DNA of 64,000 nucleotides. Origin: Clostridia bacterium (GTDB lineage: Bacteria > Bacillota > Clostridia > Christensenellales > QALW01). Numbering within the stretch: the first letter of the stretch is position 1; every line of letters starts with the position of its first letter. Made by a program: the position numbers and the translations under genes. The notes beneath the pieces are model-generated. The model saw only the letters and a list, made by a program, of their open reading frames with translations, did not search any database and had not been told where the DNA came from. This document shows, in pieces, positions 17,311-26,377 of this stretch. The stretch lies in assembly GCA_045601365.1 (NCBI GenBank), contig JAZRZN010000103.1, positions 4,435 through 68,434 of the forward strand. Direction: 5' to 3'.

Positions 17311-18459
17311 TCAATATCCCATAAAGGGATCAATAGGTCTGTTCATGCAAACGCTTTCAACAAGCCCGATGCCTATCATGTTCGTAAGCATGTTTGAGCC
17401 GCCGTAGCTGATGAACGGCAACGGAATGCCGGTGATGGGCATTATACCTATTACCATGCCGATGTTCTCAAAAATATGGAACATGAACATTGCCATTATG
17501 CCGATTATTATCATTTTGCCGTATCGGTCAGAGGCTCTGTGCTGCATCAGATACCACATGCGCCATTCCATTACGGCGTAAAGCGCTATAAGAATAAACC
17601 CTCCGAGGAATCCCATTGATTCTATTATTGCCGCAAAGATGAAATCGGTATCTATGGCAAAGATATTTCCCGCCTGACTTATGGAATCGACACCCAATAT
17701 GCCCTTGCCGAAGAATCCGCCGGAGCTTATCGCCATTTTTGCATATTTGAGCTGATCTACTTCTTCACCGTGAATAAAGTTGATTATACGGCTTTGCTGT
17801 TTTTCACCGAGTACGAACCACAGCACTACGCACGATACCGCACCGATACCGAGTATCATGAAAATATGCTTCCAGCGCATGCCGCCCGCAAACAGCATAA
17901 CTATAAAGATGAACACATATACGAGCGAAGTGCCGATATCCATCTGCGTGAGCAGTGCGGCAATAAATACGAACATAACGGCAAAGGTAGGCAGCAGGTC
18001 TTTTATTGATCCAAGCTCATCTTTTTTTGATACGGTCCTCGCAAGCACAAGAATGAGACCGAGCTTGCCTATTTCGGATGGCTGGAATGTAAAACCGATT
18101 TTTTGGATTTCTATCCACCCGCGCGTGCCGCCATGCTCCGCGCCGAAAAATGATGTAAATACTATCAAGCCGGCACATATACCTATGATAACGAACCATA
18201 TGCGCGAATATGTGTGATAATCTATCATTGCTACGCAGGCGAGCAGGACAAAGCTGATAACTATCCATATTGCCTGTTTTTTGACTTTTGAAAAGTTCAA
18301 CCGTGAAAGAGTCTGAAGCAAATCGGCCTCTTCACCGCCGGTCGCGGCATCAGCGCGTGCGGCAAGTATCGCGGTCAGACCGAAAAGTGTTATAACGGCA
18401 ACGATTATAAGAATTATATATTCTATGTTATGCAGTTTTCGTTTATCAAAAAGCCACAT
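17311..18459 (-). CDS. rodA: FtsW/RodA/SpoVE (SEDS) family peptidoglycan polymerase
   Basis: 382-aa polytopic protein ending GIPLPFISYGGSNMLTNMIGIGLV. Lies downstream of minDE. Confidence 0.85.
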   Translation of the reverse strand: MWLFDKRKLHNIEYIILIIVAVITLFGLTAILAARADAATGGEEADLLQTLSRLNFSKVKKQAIWIVISFVLLACVAMIDYHTYSRIWFVIIGICAGLIVFTSFFGAEHGGTRGWIEIQKIGFTFQPSEIGKLGLILVLARTVSKKDELGSIKDLLPTFAVMFVFIAALLTQMDIGTSLVYVFIFIVMLFAGGMRWKHIFMILGIGAVSCVVLWFVLGEKQQSRIINFIHGEEVDQLKYAKMAISSGGFFGKGILGVDSISQAGNIFAIDTDFIFAAIIESMGFLGGFILIALYAVMEWRMWYLMQHRASDRYGKMIIIGIMAMFMFHIFENIGMVIGIMPITGIPLPFISYGGSNMLTNMIGIGLVESVCMNRPIDPFMGY

Positions 18460-18522
18460 GACGTTCTCCGAAATATGTATTTTTTATATTTTAACATACT
18501 TCAAACAAAATTACAACAGAAA

Positions 18523-18556
18523 GTTGAATGTGTGCGGTATCTGAGTGTTGAATGTG
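18523..18556. repeat. Direct repeat gttgaatgtg x2 (24-bp spacing) upstream of rodA
   Basis: Identical 10-mers at 18523-18532 and 18547-18556 in the minE-rodA spacer. Confidence 0.5.
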
Positions 18557-18615
18557 AGAAAATTTATGAACAAAACGAGCTGTTACTGCAAAAAGCGGCA
18601 ACAGCCCGGGGGAAT

Positions 18616-18864
18616 TTATACTGTGGTTTTATAGCTTACAACGGGCAGACGCGCGTTAAGTACCGCGCCTGCACCTTTGCGTTCTATACTTATTGATATT
18701 TTATCGTAATCCGGCTCTATGTATTTTATTGCGGCTGAAATTATATCTGCGGTCATATGCAGTAAAAATTCGGCAGAAACATTTGCTCTGTCGCGCGAAA
18801 CAACGGACATAAGCCTTTGTTTCGCCGTGCCGACGCTTGTACTTTTTTTGAAAAATCCGAACAT
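18616..18864 (-). CDS. minE: Cell division topological specificity factor MinE
   Basis: 82 aa. MFGFFKKSTSVGTAKQRLMSVVSRDR is the typical MinE N-terminus. Confidence 0.85.
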   Translation of the reverse strand: MFGFFKKSTSVGTAKQRLMSVVSRDRANVSAEFLLHMTADIISAAIKYIEPDYDKISISIERKGAGAVLNARLPVVSYKTTV

Positions 18865-18886
18865 AAATATTCCTCCTTATACGGAT

Positions 18887-19678
18887 CTATACAGCTCTTT
18901 TTCCAAAGATCCTGCCTACAAGTGCGGCAAGACCTCCCGTAATATTTATGGGAATGTTTTCGCCTATGAGTCTGTGTGCGATATTTTCGTATTCTTTGCC
19001 TGCACGGCTTGAAGGCAGATCGAGTACCGGCTCACCGAGGTTGGCGGCGCGGACGATGCTTGCGTCATCGGGGACCGCTCCTATCGCTTTTTGCCCGAGA
19101 ATATCTTCCACATCCTCAACGGACAGCATATCGCCGCCGCGTACAAGCTCCTGCTTGATGCGGTTTACTATAAGCGAAATATGTGAGATCTCGCCTGAAG
19201 CCATAAGCCCTATCACTCTGTCGGCATCGCGTACAGATGATACTTCGGGTGTGCATACGACCAGTGCTTCATCAGCACCGGCTATGGCGTTTTTGAAGCC
19301 CTGTTCGATACCTGCCGGGCAATCGAGCAGAATAAAATCATACAGAGGCTTCAATTCGTTCAGCAAATCGCGCATTTGCTGTTCGCATATCGCATTTTTG
19401 TCGCGTGTTTGACTTGCCGGCATAAAGCTCAGATGCTCGTTACGCTTGTCCTTGATGATTGCCTGACGAATGCGGCATTTGTTTTCGATAACGTCAACTA
19501 TATCGAATACGATCCTGTTTTCAAGTCCGAGTACCGTATCAAGATTGCGCAGACCGAGGTCGGTGTCGATAAGCAAAACTTCCTTGCCCAACCGCGCAAG
19601 TCCGCATCCGACGTTTGCGCAAGCGGTCGTTTTGCCTACACCTCCTTTTCCGGATGTTACAACGATCACTCTACCCAT
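18887..19678 (-). CDS. minD: Septum site-determining protein MinD
   Basis: 263 aa from ATG 19678 with RBS ggaggga upstream. Deviant Walker A VVTSGKGGVGKTT. The listed start at 19765 is an extension. Confidence 0.9.
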   Translation of the reverse strand: MGRVIVVTSGKGGVGKTTACANVGCGLARLGKEVLLIDTDLGLRNLDTVLGLENRIVFDIVDVIENKCRIRQAIIKDKRNEHLSFMPASQTRDKNAICEQQMRDLLNELKPLYDFILLDCPAGIEQGFKNAIAGADEALVVCTPEVSSVRDADRVIGLMASGEISHISLIVNRIKQELVRGGDMLSVEDVEDILGQKAIGAVPDDASIVRAANLGEPVLDLPSSRAGKEYENIAHRLIGENIPINITGGLAALVGRIFGKRAV

Positions 19679-19844
19679 ATGTGATCCCTCCTTTGTATTG
19701 CATATGATACAACCTTGTCGGAAAAAAAGAAAGAACTCTTTTTGTCGAAAAAGAGTTTTTGACAAAACAAGAAAAAAGCTTTCAAAAAACGCACTGTAAA
19801 ATTGACAAAAATATCAAATGAAGCTATAATTATATTCAAGGAGG

Positions 19845-20072
19845 ATGCGGATCATGAAACAAGCTACAAAGCAGAATACAATAGGTGAAATACTTGAAAT
19901 GAACAGCGAAGTCGCGGCACTGTTCTTAGGACACGGTATGTTTTGCATAGCATGCCCGAGCGCACAGAACGAATCGTTTGAGGAAGCGTGTATGGTGCAT
20001 AATATCGACGCCGATGCGTTACTTGAGCTGATAAACAAATTCCTTGCGGCTGATGAGGTGGAAGAAAAATGA
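19845..20072 (+). CDS. DUF1858 / hybrid-cluster-protein-associated redox disulfide-like small protein
   Basis: 75 aa. TIGEILEMNSEVAALFLGHGMFCIACPSAQNESFEEAC has the typical CxxC context. Confidence 0.6.
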   Translation: MRIMKQATKQNTIGEILEMNSEVAALFLGHGMFCIACPSAQNESFEEACMVHNIDADALLELINKFLAADEVEEK

Positions 20073-20509
20073 TAGCTATAGGATGTGATCACGGCGGCTA
20101 TGAGCTTAAGCTTGCCATAATGAAGCATTTGGATGCGAAGGGGATAGAGTATAAGGATTTCGGATGCTGTTCATCCGAAAGCGTTGATTACCCCGATTAT
20201 GCGTATCCTGTCGCTAAAGCCGTTGCGGCAGGGGAGTATGAAAAAGGTATCCTTATTTGCGGTACGGGTATCGGCATGAGCATTGCCGCCAATAAGGTCA
20301 AAGGAATACGCTGTGCGCTGTGCGGAGATACGTTTTCGGCACACGCCACGCGCGAGCATAATGACAGCAATATCCTTGCACTCGGCGGGCGCGTAATAGG
20401 GTGCGAGCTTGCACTTGATATAGTTGATATATGGCTGGATACCGATTTCAGTAACGGTCCACGGCATATAAACAGGATCGGCAAAATAACGGCAATCGAA
20501 AACATCTGA
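20069..20509 (+). CDS. rpiB: Ribose-5-phosphate isomerase B
   Basis: IAIGCDHGGYELK...ILICGTGIGMSIAANKVKGIRCA. ATGA overlap with the upstream gene. Confidence 0.9.
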   Translation: MIAIGCDHGGYELKLAIMKHLDAKGIEYKDFGCCSSESVDYPDYAYPVAKAVAAGEYEKGILICGTGIGMSIAANKVKGIRCALCGDTFSAHATREHNDSNILALGGRVIGCELALDIVDIWLDTDFSNGPRHINRIGKITAIENI

Positions 20510-20612
20510 TAAGAGTTGCCGACGGCGTGTCGGCAGTTATTCAGCAGACATCAATAAAAAATATCGGACAGGCGGGTGTCCGATATTTTTTTGCTGTTGT
20601 ATTACCGATACT

Positions 20613-22247
20613 TTACTTTTTCTTAACGATAAGCACAAGGTCGTACAGGCTCGGCTTGGCGGCAACGGAGAAAGTACCGTCGAACGGCGTGAACTCTGCG
20701 ATATCGGTGTATTCACCCGTCTGCGGGTCGAACCATTGCGCAGTGTACGGCACGTTTTCAAGCTTGTTCAGTACACCGCCGCAGTTGCGGTTGCGATTGT
20801 AGAAATATACGACGTAAACATCACTGTCGATATGCGCGGCAGTGTAGAAAACATCGTCGCGTGTGTTGCGGTAGTATTCGCCCGAATCAAAATCCGGCAT
20901 GAGCTTCCACCAATCGAAGCTTTCAAAGAAATCACGCATATAGCCCATCTGATCGCCGGTCGGCATCTGTATCGCCATGCCCCACGGCATACGCTTTTCC
21001 CAGCAGGTCACGCGGTCAACGCCGTCGCTGTGTTCTTCGTTGAAGCTGTAACGGCTCTTGTAGCACCACATGTCAGCCGCGCCGTAGCCGTAGCCGAACA
21101 TTCCGCAAAGGAACGATATCCAGCCGTTAGCACGCGCACCGAAATTCTTGGTGTAAAGATAATCGTAGCGTGTTTCATAGTTGATGGCTACCTTGCCTTC
21201 GCCGTCGAACCAATAGTCCTTCGGAATGGAGAAAACATGCTGGCGGTCTACCTCGGGACGCCACTGTACGCCCCACCATGTATGCTCGGTCATACCGTAG
21301 AATGCCGATTGCTTACTCTGGCGCATCGCACCCCAGCATTCAGCCGCTGAGCCGCCCTTTGCGCCGCAGAGTGCGGCATTTTCCTGATGCCCCGTTATCG
21401 GATGCTTGTAGGGATCAAGCTGATATATGAATTTGCACATCTGCTTGTACGGATTGTTTTCGGGAGTCATGCCGTTTTTGTTGAAAAAGCTTCTGTCGAT
21501 CTCCTGCCCGAGTGTCCACAGCACAGGATAGGATGCGTAACGTGCCACCCAATAACGTGTTACATGATATAAAAATTCATTGTCGAACATCTGCGGTTTT
21601 ACTTCACCGGGGAATATAAGCTCCGCGTTGGCATGAGTCATACCTTTTTCGGCAAGATACTTGAAATATCTGTCCATTTTGCGGAAATCGGGGACATCTT
21701 CCGCAGTGATGCCGTCAAAGATATTGTATTTGTGACCGATAGGCTCACTCTGATATACCGTAAATTTCTGTTCGATACGTTTGTCAACGACATATTTGAA
21801 GTGCGAATCCGTCTCAATGTTGAAAGCATTCGGTCCCGCTTCGTCAAGCTCTTCTTCGGGCATTGCCCAGTGCGTATCACCGAGATAGAAGAACGGCGTG
21901 CCGTCATCGTATACGAAGTATTTTACATTCGGTATCGCTTTGACGAAACCGCGCTTATATACTTCAAGCTCTCCCGTGTACGGGATGCATTCTATTGCGC
22001 CCGTAACGCCGTTGAGCCCTATATCGACCTTGCCGGAGCAAGAAACGGTATAATCCCATATGCCGATTTCCGTAGGCGCGAAGCGCACCAGCCACTGTTC
22101 GATATCCCAGAACGCGGGAACCACGAGAGAGGTTTTCGTCTCACGGTTGACGAACGTAACGTCCATTACCGCTTCCTCGATGTTTTGGATATCTGCTTTC
22201 GGCGTAAAACCGATTTCAATACTCATCCATTTCTGAACCTGCAACAT
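20613..22247 (-). CDS. Cytoplasmic DUF5060/DUF4038 (GH140-like) glycoside hydrolase with a C-terminal beta-sandwich
   Basis: No signal peptide. FYLGDTHWAM, YPVLWTLGQE and C-terminal YTAQWFDPQTGEY are present. ATG 22247 has aaaggag 9 nt upstream. Paralog of 33937-35799. Confidence 0.65.
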   Translation of the reverse strand: MLQVQKWMSIEIGFTPKADIQNIEEAVMDVTFVNRETKTSLVVPAFWDIEQWLVRFAPTEIGIWDYTVSCSGKVDIGLNGVTGAIECIPYTGELEVYKRGFVKAIPNVKYFVYDDGTPFFYLGDTHWAMPEEELDEAGPNAFNIETDSHFKYVVDKRIEQKFTVYQSEPIGHKYNIFDGITAEDVPDFRKMDRYFKYLAEKGMTHANAELIFPGEVKPQMFDNEFLYHVTRYWVARYASYPVLWTLGQEIDRSFFNKNGMTPENNPYKQMCKFIYQLDPYKHPITGHQENAALCGAKGGSAAECWGAMRQSKQSAFYGMTEHTWWGVQWRPEVDRQHVFSIPKDYWFDGEGKVAINYETRYDYLYTKNFGARANGWISFLCGMFGYGYGAADMWCYKSRYSFNEEHSDGVDRVTCWEKRMPWGMAIQMPTGDQMGYMRDFFESFDWWKLMPDFDSGEYYRNTRDDVFYTAAHIDSDVYVVYFYNRNRNCGGVLNKLENVPYTAQWFDPQTGEYTDIAEFTPFDGTFSVAAKPSLYDLVLIVKKK

Positions 22248-22319
22248 AAATAACAACTCCTTTTATTCTATTTCGTATATTGTATCACACCCGTAAGGTG
22301 AAATGCAATAGAAAAACGC

Positions 22320-22363
22320 AAAAAAAGACCGCCGTTATGTCATTTTTCAGACACCTCGGCGGT
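22320..22363 (-). terminator. Rho-independent terminator after the GH63-like gene
   Basis: On the minus strand, accgccg pairs with cggcggt (22357-22363 / 22328-22334), followed by a T-run (plus-strand A-run ~22320-22326). Confidence 0.6.
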
Positions 22364-22370
22364 AAAACGG

Positions 22371-23606
22371 TCATATATTTTCTTTATACCAATCAAGCAT
22401 ATCGACAACGAGCAGATTCCAGCTCTGGAAGCCTTTGTTGTTCACACCTTTGCCCGTTTCGGGATCGTAGTATTCGTGCATGTCACCGTTCTCTTCGATG
22501 TCGCGCCCGAACATGAGTACGGTTTTTTCACAAAGCTCCTTTGCTTCGGCGATATAGCCGTAATCAAGCAGTCCGCGGAATATCATATAGTTAGATATGC
22601 CCCATATCGGACCGAGCCAGCATGACGGATTGCCCGATACCTTTATGGCATACATTTTTTCAAGCTTTGAAAGTGAGCGGATGCCATAAGGTGCGTTGAA
22701 AGTGCGCGTGTTGAGATAGTGGTTTTTCACCATCTTTTCGGCTTCTTCGGGCGATGCTATGCCTGCCCACATCGCCAAAAAGCCCGTCCAGACATCTATG
22801 CGCTGTATAAGGCAGCTCCAATGCCTCGGCGCACCCGAGTGCAGGAAATTTTTGCCTATGGGCAGTAAATTCAAATCCACACTGAAATAGAAGCCGTCGC
22901 GCTCATCCCAACAGTTGTCGCGTATCGCCTGTTTAAGCTTTGCGGCACGGTCTTCATATTCATTCGCTTTGCCGTCAAAGCCGAGCTTTTGTGCTATGAA
23001 TGCGGTGGCAAGCAGTTCCTTATACATGAAACAGTTGAGATATATCGAAGCCGTGCTTTTGTACGGACGGTAGAACGTGCAAGGCTCATTATCGACACCG
23101 ATGGCAGTATCGTCAAGCCAGAAGAAAAGTCCCGTTTCCGCATGAAAGCAATTATTGAAATAGAAGCCTAAAAAGCGTTCAAGATCGGCAAACCTGCCGT
23201 CAAGGAACGATGCGTCACCGGTAGCTTCGATAACGAAGCGGGCGTGCTGTGCAAGGCACGGCTTATGCGCGTTTATCTGATGCCCGTCAACATCACTCGG
23301 ATCAAAAGGCGGAGCTATCATATCGGTTTTTACCATTATCGGTGTCCAACCGTCATCACCGACGTGGTCGAGATAATTGAGGATACAGCCCTGTTCATAT
23401 TCGGTAAAATCTTCATCGGTTATTTTGCGTATGGCAATATCCGTCAGCCAGCTGTCCCAGTCCCACAGCTCCTGTGAATAACAGCTTCCGGGTACGATAA
23501 ACGGATGTCTGAGATTTCCGCCGGGTTCACGGAACAGCAGACGGTAATTGTTTTTTGCGTATGCGCGGATAACTTTGTCATATTTTTTGAAATCCTGTTT
23601 ATTCAT
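22371..23606 (-). CDS. (alpha/alpha)6-barrel glycoside hydrolase, GH63/MGH1/trehalase-like
   Basis: 411 aa, cytoplasmic. The motif pattern QELWDWDSW...GISNYMIFRGL...EYYDPETG resembles GH63-type barrels. Family call is approximate. Confidence 0.5.
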   Translation of the reverse strand: MNKQDFKKYDKVIRAYAKNNYRLLFREPGGNLRHPFIVPGSCYSQELWDWDSWLTDIAIRKITDEDFTEYEQGCILNYLDHVGDDGWTPIMVKTDMIAPPFDPSDVDGHQINAHKPCLAQHARFVIEATGDASFLDGRFADLERFLGFYFNNCFHAETGLFFWLDDTAIGVDNEPCTFYRPYKSTASIYLNCFMYKELLATAFIAQKLGFDGKANEYEDRAAKLKQAIRDNCWDERDGFYFSVDLNLLPIGKNFLHSGAPRHWSCLIQRIDVWTGFLAMWAGIASPEEAEKMVKNHYLNTRTFNAPYGIRSLSKLEKMYAIKVSGNPSCWLGPIWGISNYMIFRGLLDYGYIAEAKELCEKTVLMFGRDIEENGDMHEYYDPETGKGVNNKGFQSWNLLVVDMLDWYKENI

Positions 23607-23618
23607 AAATATATCTCC

Positions 23619-23870
23619 CTATTTCGTACTGTTATTTATCTTGTCAAGACAACCTTTGCAGATGGATTTGCCTTCATACATGATTATATCATCGGTGCTG
23701 TTGCAGAATATACATGCCGGCTCATATTTTTTAAGAATGATCTGATTTTCGTCATTTACGAATATTTCTACTGCATCATCTACACTGAGCCCGTATGTTT
23801 TGCGAAGCTCCTTGGGAATAACGACTCTGCCGAGTTTATCTATCGGTCTTACAATACCTGTTGCTTTCAT
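23619..23870 (-). CDS. abrB: AbrB/SpoVT-family transition-state regulator
   Basis: MKATGIVRPIDKLGRVVIPKELRKTYGL is the canonical swapped-hairpin N-terminus. Confidence 0.85.
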   Translation of the reverse strand: MKATGIVRPIDKLGRVVIPKELRKTYGLSVDDAVEIFVNDENQIILKKYEPACIFCNSTDDIIMYEGKSICKGCLDKINNSTK

Positions 23871-23913
23871 GACAATATACCTCCCGAAAATATTTTAAAA
23901 ATACTTTGATAGT

Positions 23914-23942
23914 ATTCTACATTAAATTACATATATTGTCAA
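23914..23942 (-). promoter_or_regulatory. Putative sigma-A promoter of abrB
   Basis: Minus strand reads TTGACA (23942-23937), 17-nt spacer, TAGAAT (23919-23914). Confidence 0.5.
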
Positions 23943-24031
23943 GAAATATATTTAATTACAGACATTTCCAAATTGCTCGACACGGAAAACACGCGAAAAA
24001 CGGCGTATTTTGCAGAACGGGCAAAATGAAT

Positions 24032-24070
24032 AAAAAAACAGCCCTCATGCATGAGCGCAATGAAGGCTTA
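24032..24070 (-). terminator. Rho-independent terminator of rpsT
   Basis: Minus strand reads agccttcat...atgagggct followed by T7. Confidence 0.6.
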
Positions 24071-24084
24071 TTCTTTTTTTGAGC

Positions 24085-24348
24085 TTAAGCCATCTTGTTT
24101 ACGGCTACGGCAAGCTGTGACTTCTTGTGAGCGCAGGCATTCTTGTGCATGATGCCCTTGGCGGCTGCTTTATCGACCATAGCGGTCATCTTAGGCAGCA
24201 TTGCCTGAGCTTCAGCCTTATTGCCGGACTCAACAACAGCATAGAATTTCTTGAGGTTTGTCTTAAGTGCCGACTTAACGCTCTTATTGCGAAGCTGCTT
24301 CTTAGCTGTAACCTTTATTCTCTTCTTAGCTGACTTTATATTTGCCAT
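24085..24348 (-). CDS. rpsT: 30S ribosomal protein S20
   Basis: MANIKSAKKRIKVTAKKQLRNKS... from ATG 24348. The listed ORF start is an extension. Confidence 0.9.
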   Translation of the reverse strand: MANIKSAKKRIKVTAKKQLRNKSVKSALKTNLKKFYAVVESGNKAEAQAMLPKMTAMVDKAAAKGIMHKNACAHKKSQLAVAVNKMA

Positions 24349-24509
24349 GGATATATCCCTCCCAACACGATAAATCATATCAACGTGCATATTCTACCAT
24401 GAAGTTTATTTTTTGGCAAGGCTTTTTTTGATTTTAATACGATGTTTAGAATTTTTTTTTACGAACATACTTGTAACGACAAGAATTTTTTGAGAAACGG
24501 AGCAGAATT

Positions 24510-25424
24510 ATGATATTCAGGACCGATCTTGCAAAGGAAGCATATGAGGGAAACGGACAGCTTGAGGGAATAATAAGCCGCGATATAATACTCAACGGTA
24601 TCAAGGGCAGCTGTGTTGAGGTAATAAGCGATGAGGCGGCAAAAAAAATCGGTAAGCGCAAGGGTAAGTATATTTCATTTGAAAGCGATGCGCTCATCAG
24701 GCGGAACGTAGCGGAATATGAAAACATCAGCCGCGCCATAGCCGGAGCTGTAAACGGGCTGTTGCATGTGGAAAAAAGTGATACGGTGCTTGTGGCGGGA
24801 ATAGGAAACGAAAACATGACACCTGATTCGGTAGGACCCAAGGTCGTAGGTAAGACCTTTGTTACACGTCATATATTTGAGTTTTTGCCGGATGAGGCGG
24901 ATGAAAGGATGCATTCGGTATGTGCGCTTGCGCCGGGGGTGCTTGGCGTTACGGGCATCGAAAGCGCGGATATAATTTCGGGCATCTGTAAAAAAGCGGA
25001 TGTCGGTGCCGTTATTGTGATAGATGCGCTTGCCGCAAGGAGATCCGAAAGAATGTTTTCGACGTTTCAGCTTACCGATACGGGGATCGAACCCGGTGCC
25101 GGTGTCGGCAATAAGCGAAGCGAACTGAACGAAGCAACTCTCGGTATACCTGTTATTGCCATCGGTGTGCCGACGGTCGTATATGCGTCATCACTTGTGT
25201 ACGATGCGGCGGTAAAAATGCTTATTTCAGCAACCGGCGGCGATGAAAATGCCGTTGAAAACGCCGCACGCGAAATCTCACAGACGCAGATAGGCGATAT
25301 GGTAGTCACGCCAAAGGAGATCGACGTTATTGCAGATGACAGCGCCAAAGTCATAGCCGACGGCATAAATCTTGCGCTTCATTCGGGAATGACACTTGAG
25401 GAAATAAACGCATATATGTTCTGA
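24510..25424 (+). CDS. gpr: Germination protease (GPR endopeptidase)
   Basis: RTDLAKEA...VAGIGNENMTPDSVGPKVV...IVIDALAA. Conserved rpsT-gpr-spoIIP neighbourhood. Confidence 0.85.
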   Translation: MIFRTDLAKEAYEGNGQLEGIISRDIILNGIKGSCVEVISDEAAKKIGKRKGKYISFESDALIRRNVAEYENISRAIAGAVNGLLHVEKSDTVLVAGIGNENMTPDSVGPKVVGKTFVTRHIFEFLPDEADERMHSVCALAPGVLGVTGIESADIISGICKKADVGAVIVIDALAARRSERMFSTFQLTDTGIEPGAGVGNKRSELNEATLGIPVIAIGVPTVVYASSLVYDAAVKMLISATGGDENAVENAAREISQTQIGDMVVTPKEIDVIADDSAKVIADGINLALHSGMTLEEINAYMF

Positions 25425-25463
25425 AAATCGCATATCATTTACCGTCGAAAGGATTGAGAGCGT

Positions 25464-26351
25464 ATGAGAAAATGGACTTGCTGTGTTATGTCGGCAGTGT
25501 TGCTTACACTGTCGTCACTTCCGGCAACGGTATATGCATCGTTTCTTGAGGGAGCAAAAAGCTTTTTCGGCAATGCCGTGACATTTTTTATAGGTATAGA
25601 CGGCACTGAAAGCACTATGCTTGCGCTTGAACCTGACGACACCGTAGACGAAAACATGATGATAGAAATAGAAAATATCAAAGCTCAGATAGAACGCGAA
25701 ACGGCTGAAGAACAGAACAATGCCGAAGAAGATACCGTGCCGGAGATGCGTAAAAGGATACTTATATATCATACGCATACCGACGAAGCTTACTTAAAGG
25801 AAAATAACGATTATATCGAAACAAGCGCCGGCAGGACGCTTGATACCGGTTACAACGTTGTGAGCGTAGGCGAGACCTTCGGCAAACAGCTTGAAGATTA
25901 TGGCTTCGGGGTGATCCACGACAGCACGGATAATGTTTCGCCCGGCTTCAACAAGGCGTACCAGACGAGCTATGAAACGATAAAGAAGTATATCGGCAAT
26001 GTGGATGTGTATGTCGATATGCACCGCGATGCGTATGCCGGAAAAGAACCGAACACGCTCGGAGTTGAGGGAGAGAGGTATGCATATATCTGTTTTGTAG
26101 TCGCAAACGGTGAAAACTATTCGGATAAGCCTCATTGGCAGGAAAATTATAAGCTGGCACAGAAGCTTACCGATAAACTGAACGAAATATGTCCGGGCAT
26201 AGCAAAAAAGGTGATATTCCGTGATGCGAGATACAATCAGCATATTTCGGATTCGTGTCTGCTCATTGAAATGGGCAACGAAAAAAACACTCTTGCCGAA
26301 GTCAAGGCAAGTGCCTCTGTTCTTGCAAGAGCGTTCGATGAAGTCCTGTAA
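25464..26351 (+). CDS. spoIIP: Stage II sporulation protein P
   Basis: Signal/anchor, then ILIYHTHTDEAY and LIEMGNEKNTL motifs. Confidence 0.85.
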   Translation: MRKWTCCVMSAVLLTLSSLPATVYASFLEGAKSFFGNAVTFFIGIDGTESTMLALEPDDTVDENMMIEIENIKAQIERETAEEQNNAEEDTVPEMRKRILIYHTHTDEAYLKENNDYIETSAGRTLDTGYNVVSVGETFGKQLEDYGFGVIHDSTDNVSPGFNKAYQTSYETIKKYIGNVDVYVDMHRDAYAGKEPNTLGVEGERYAYICFVVANGENYSDKPHWQENYKLAQKLTDKLNEICPGIAKKVIFRDARYNQHISDSCLLIEMGNEKNTLAEVKASASVLARAFDEVL

Positions 26352-26377
26352 GCCGAACGGCTGAATGCGACGGCTTG

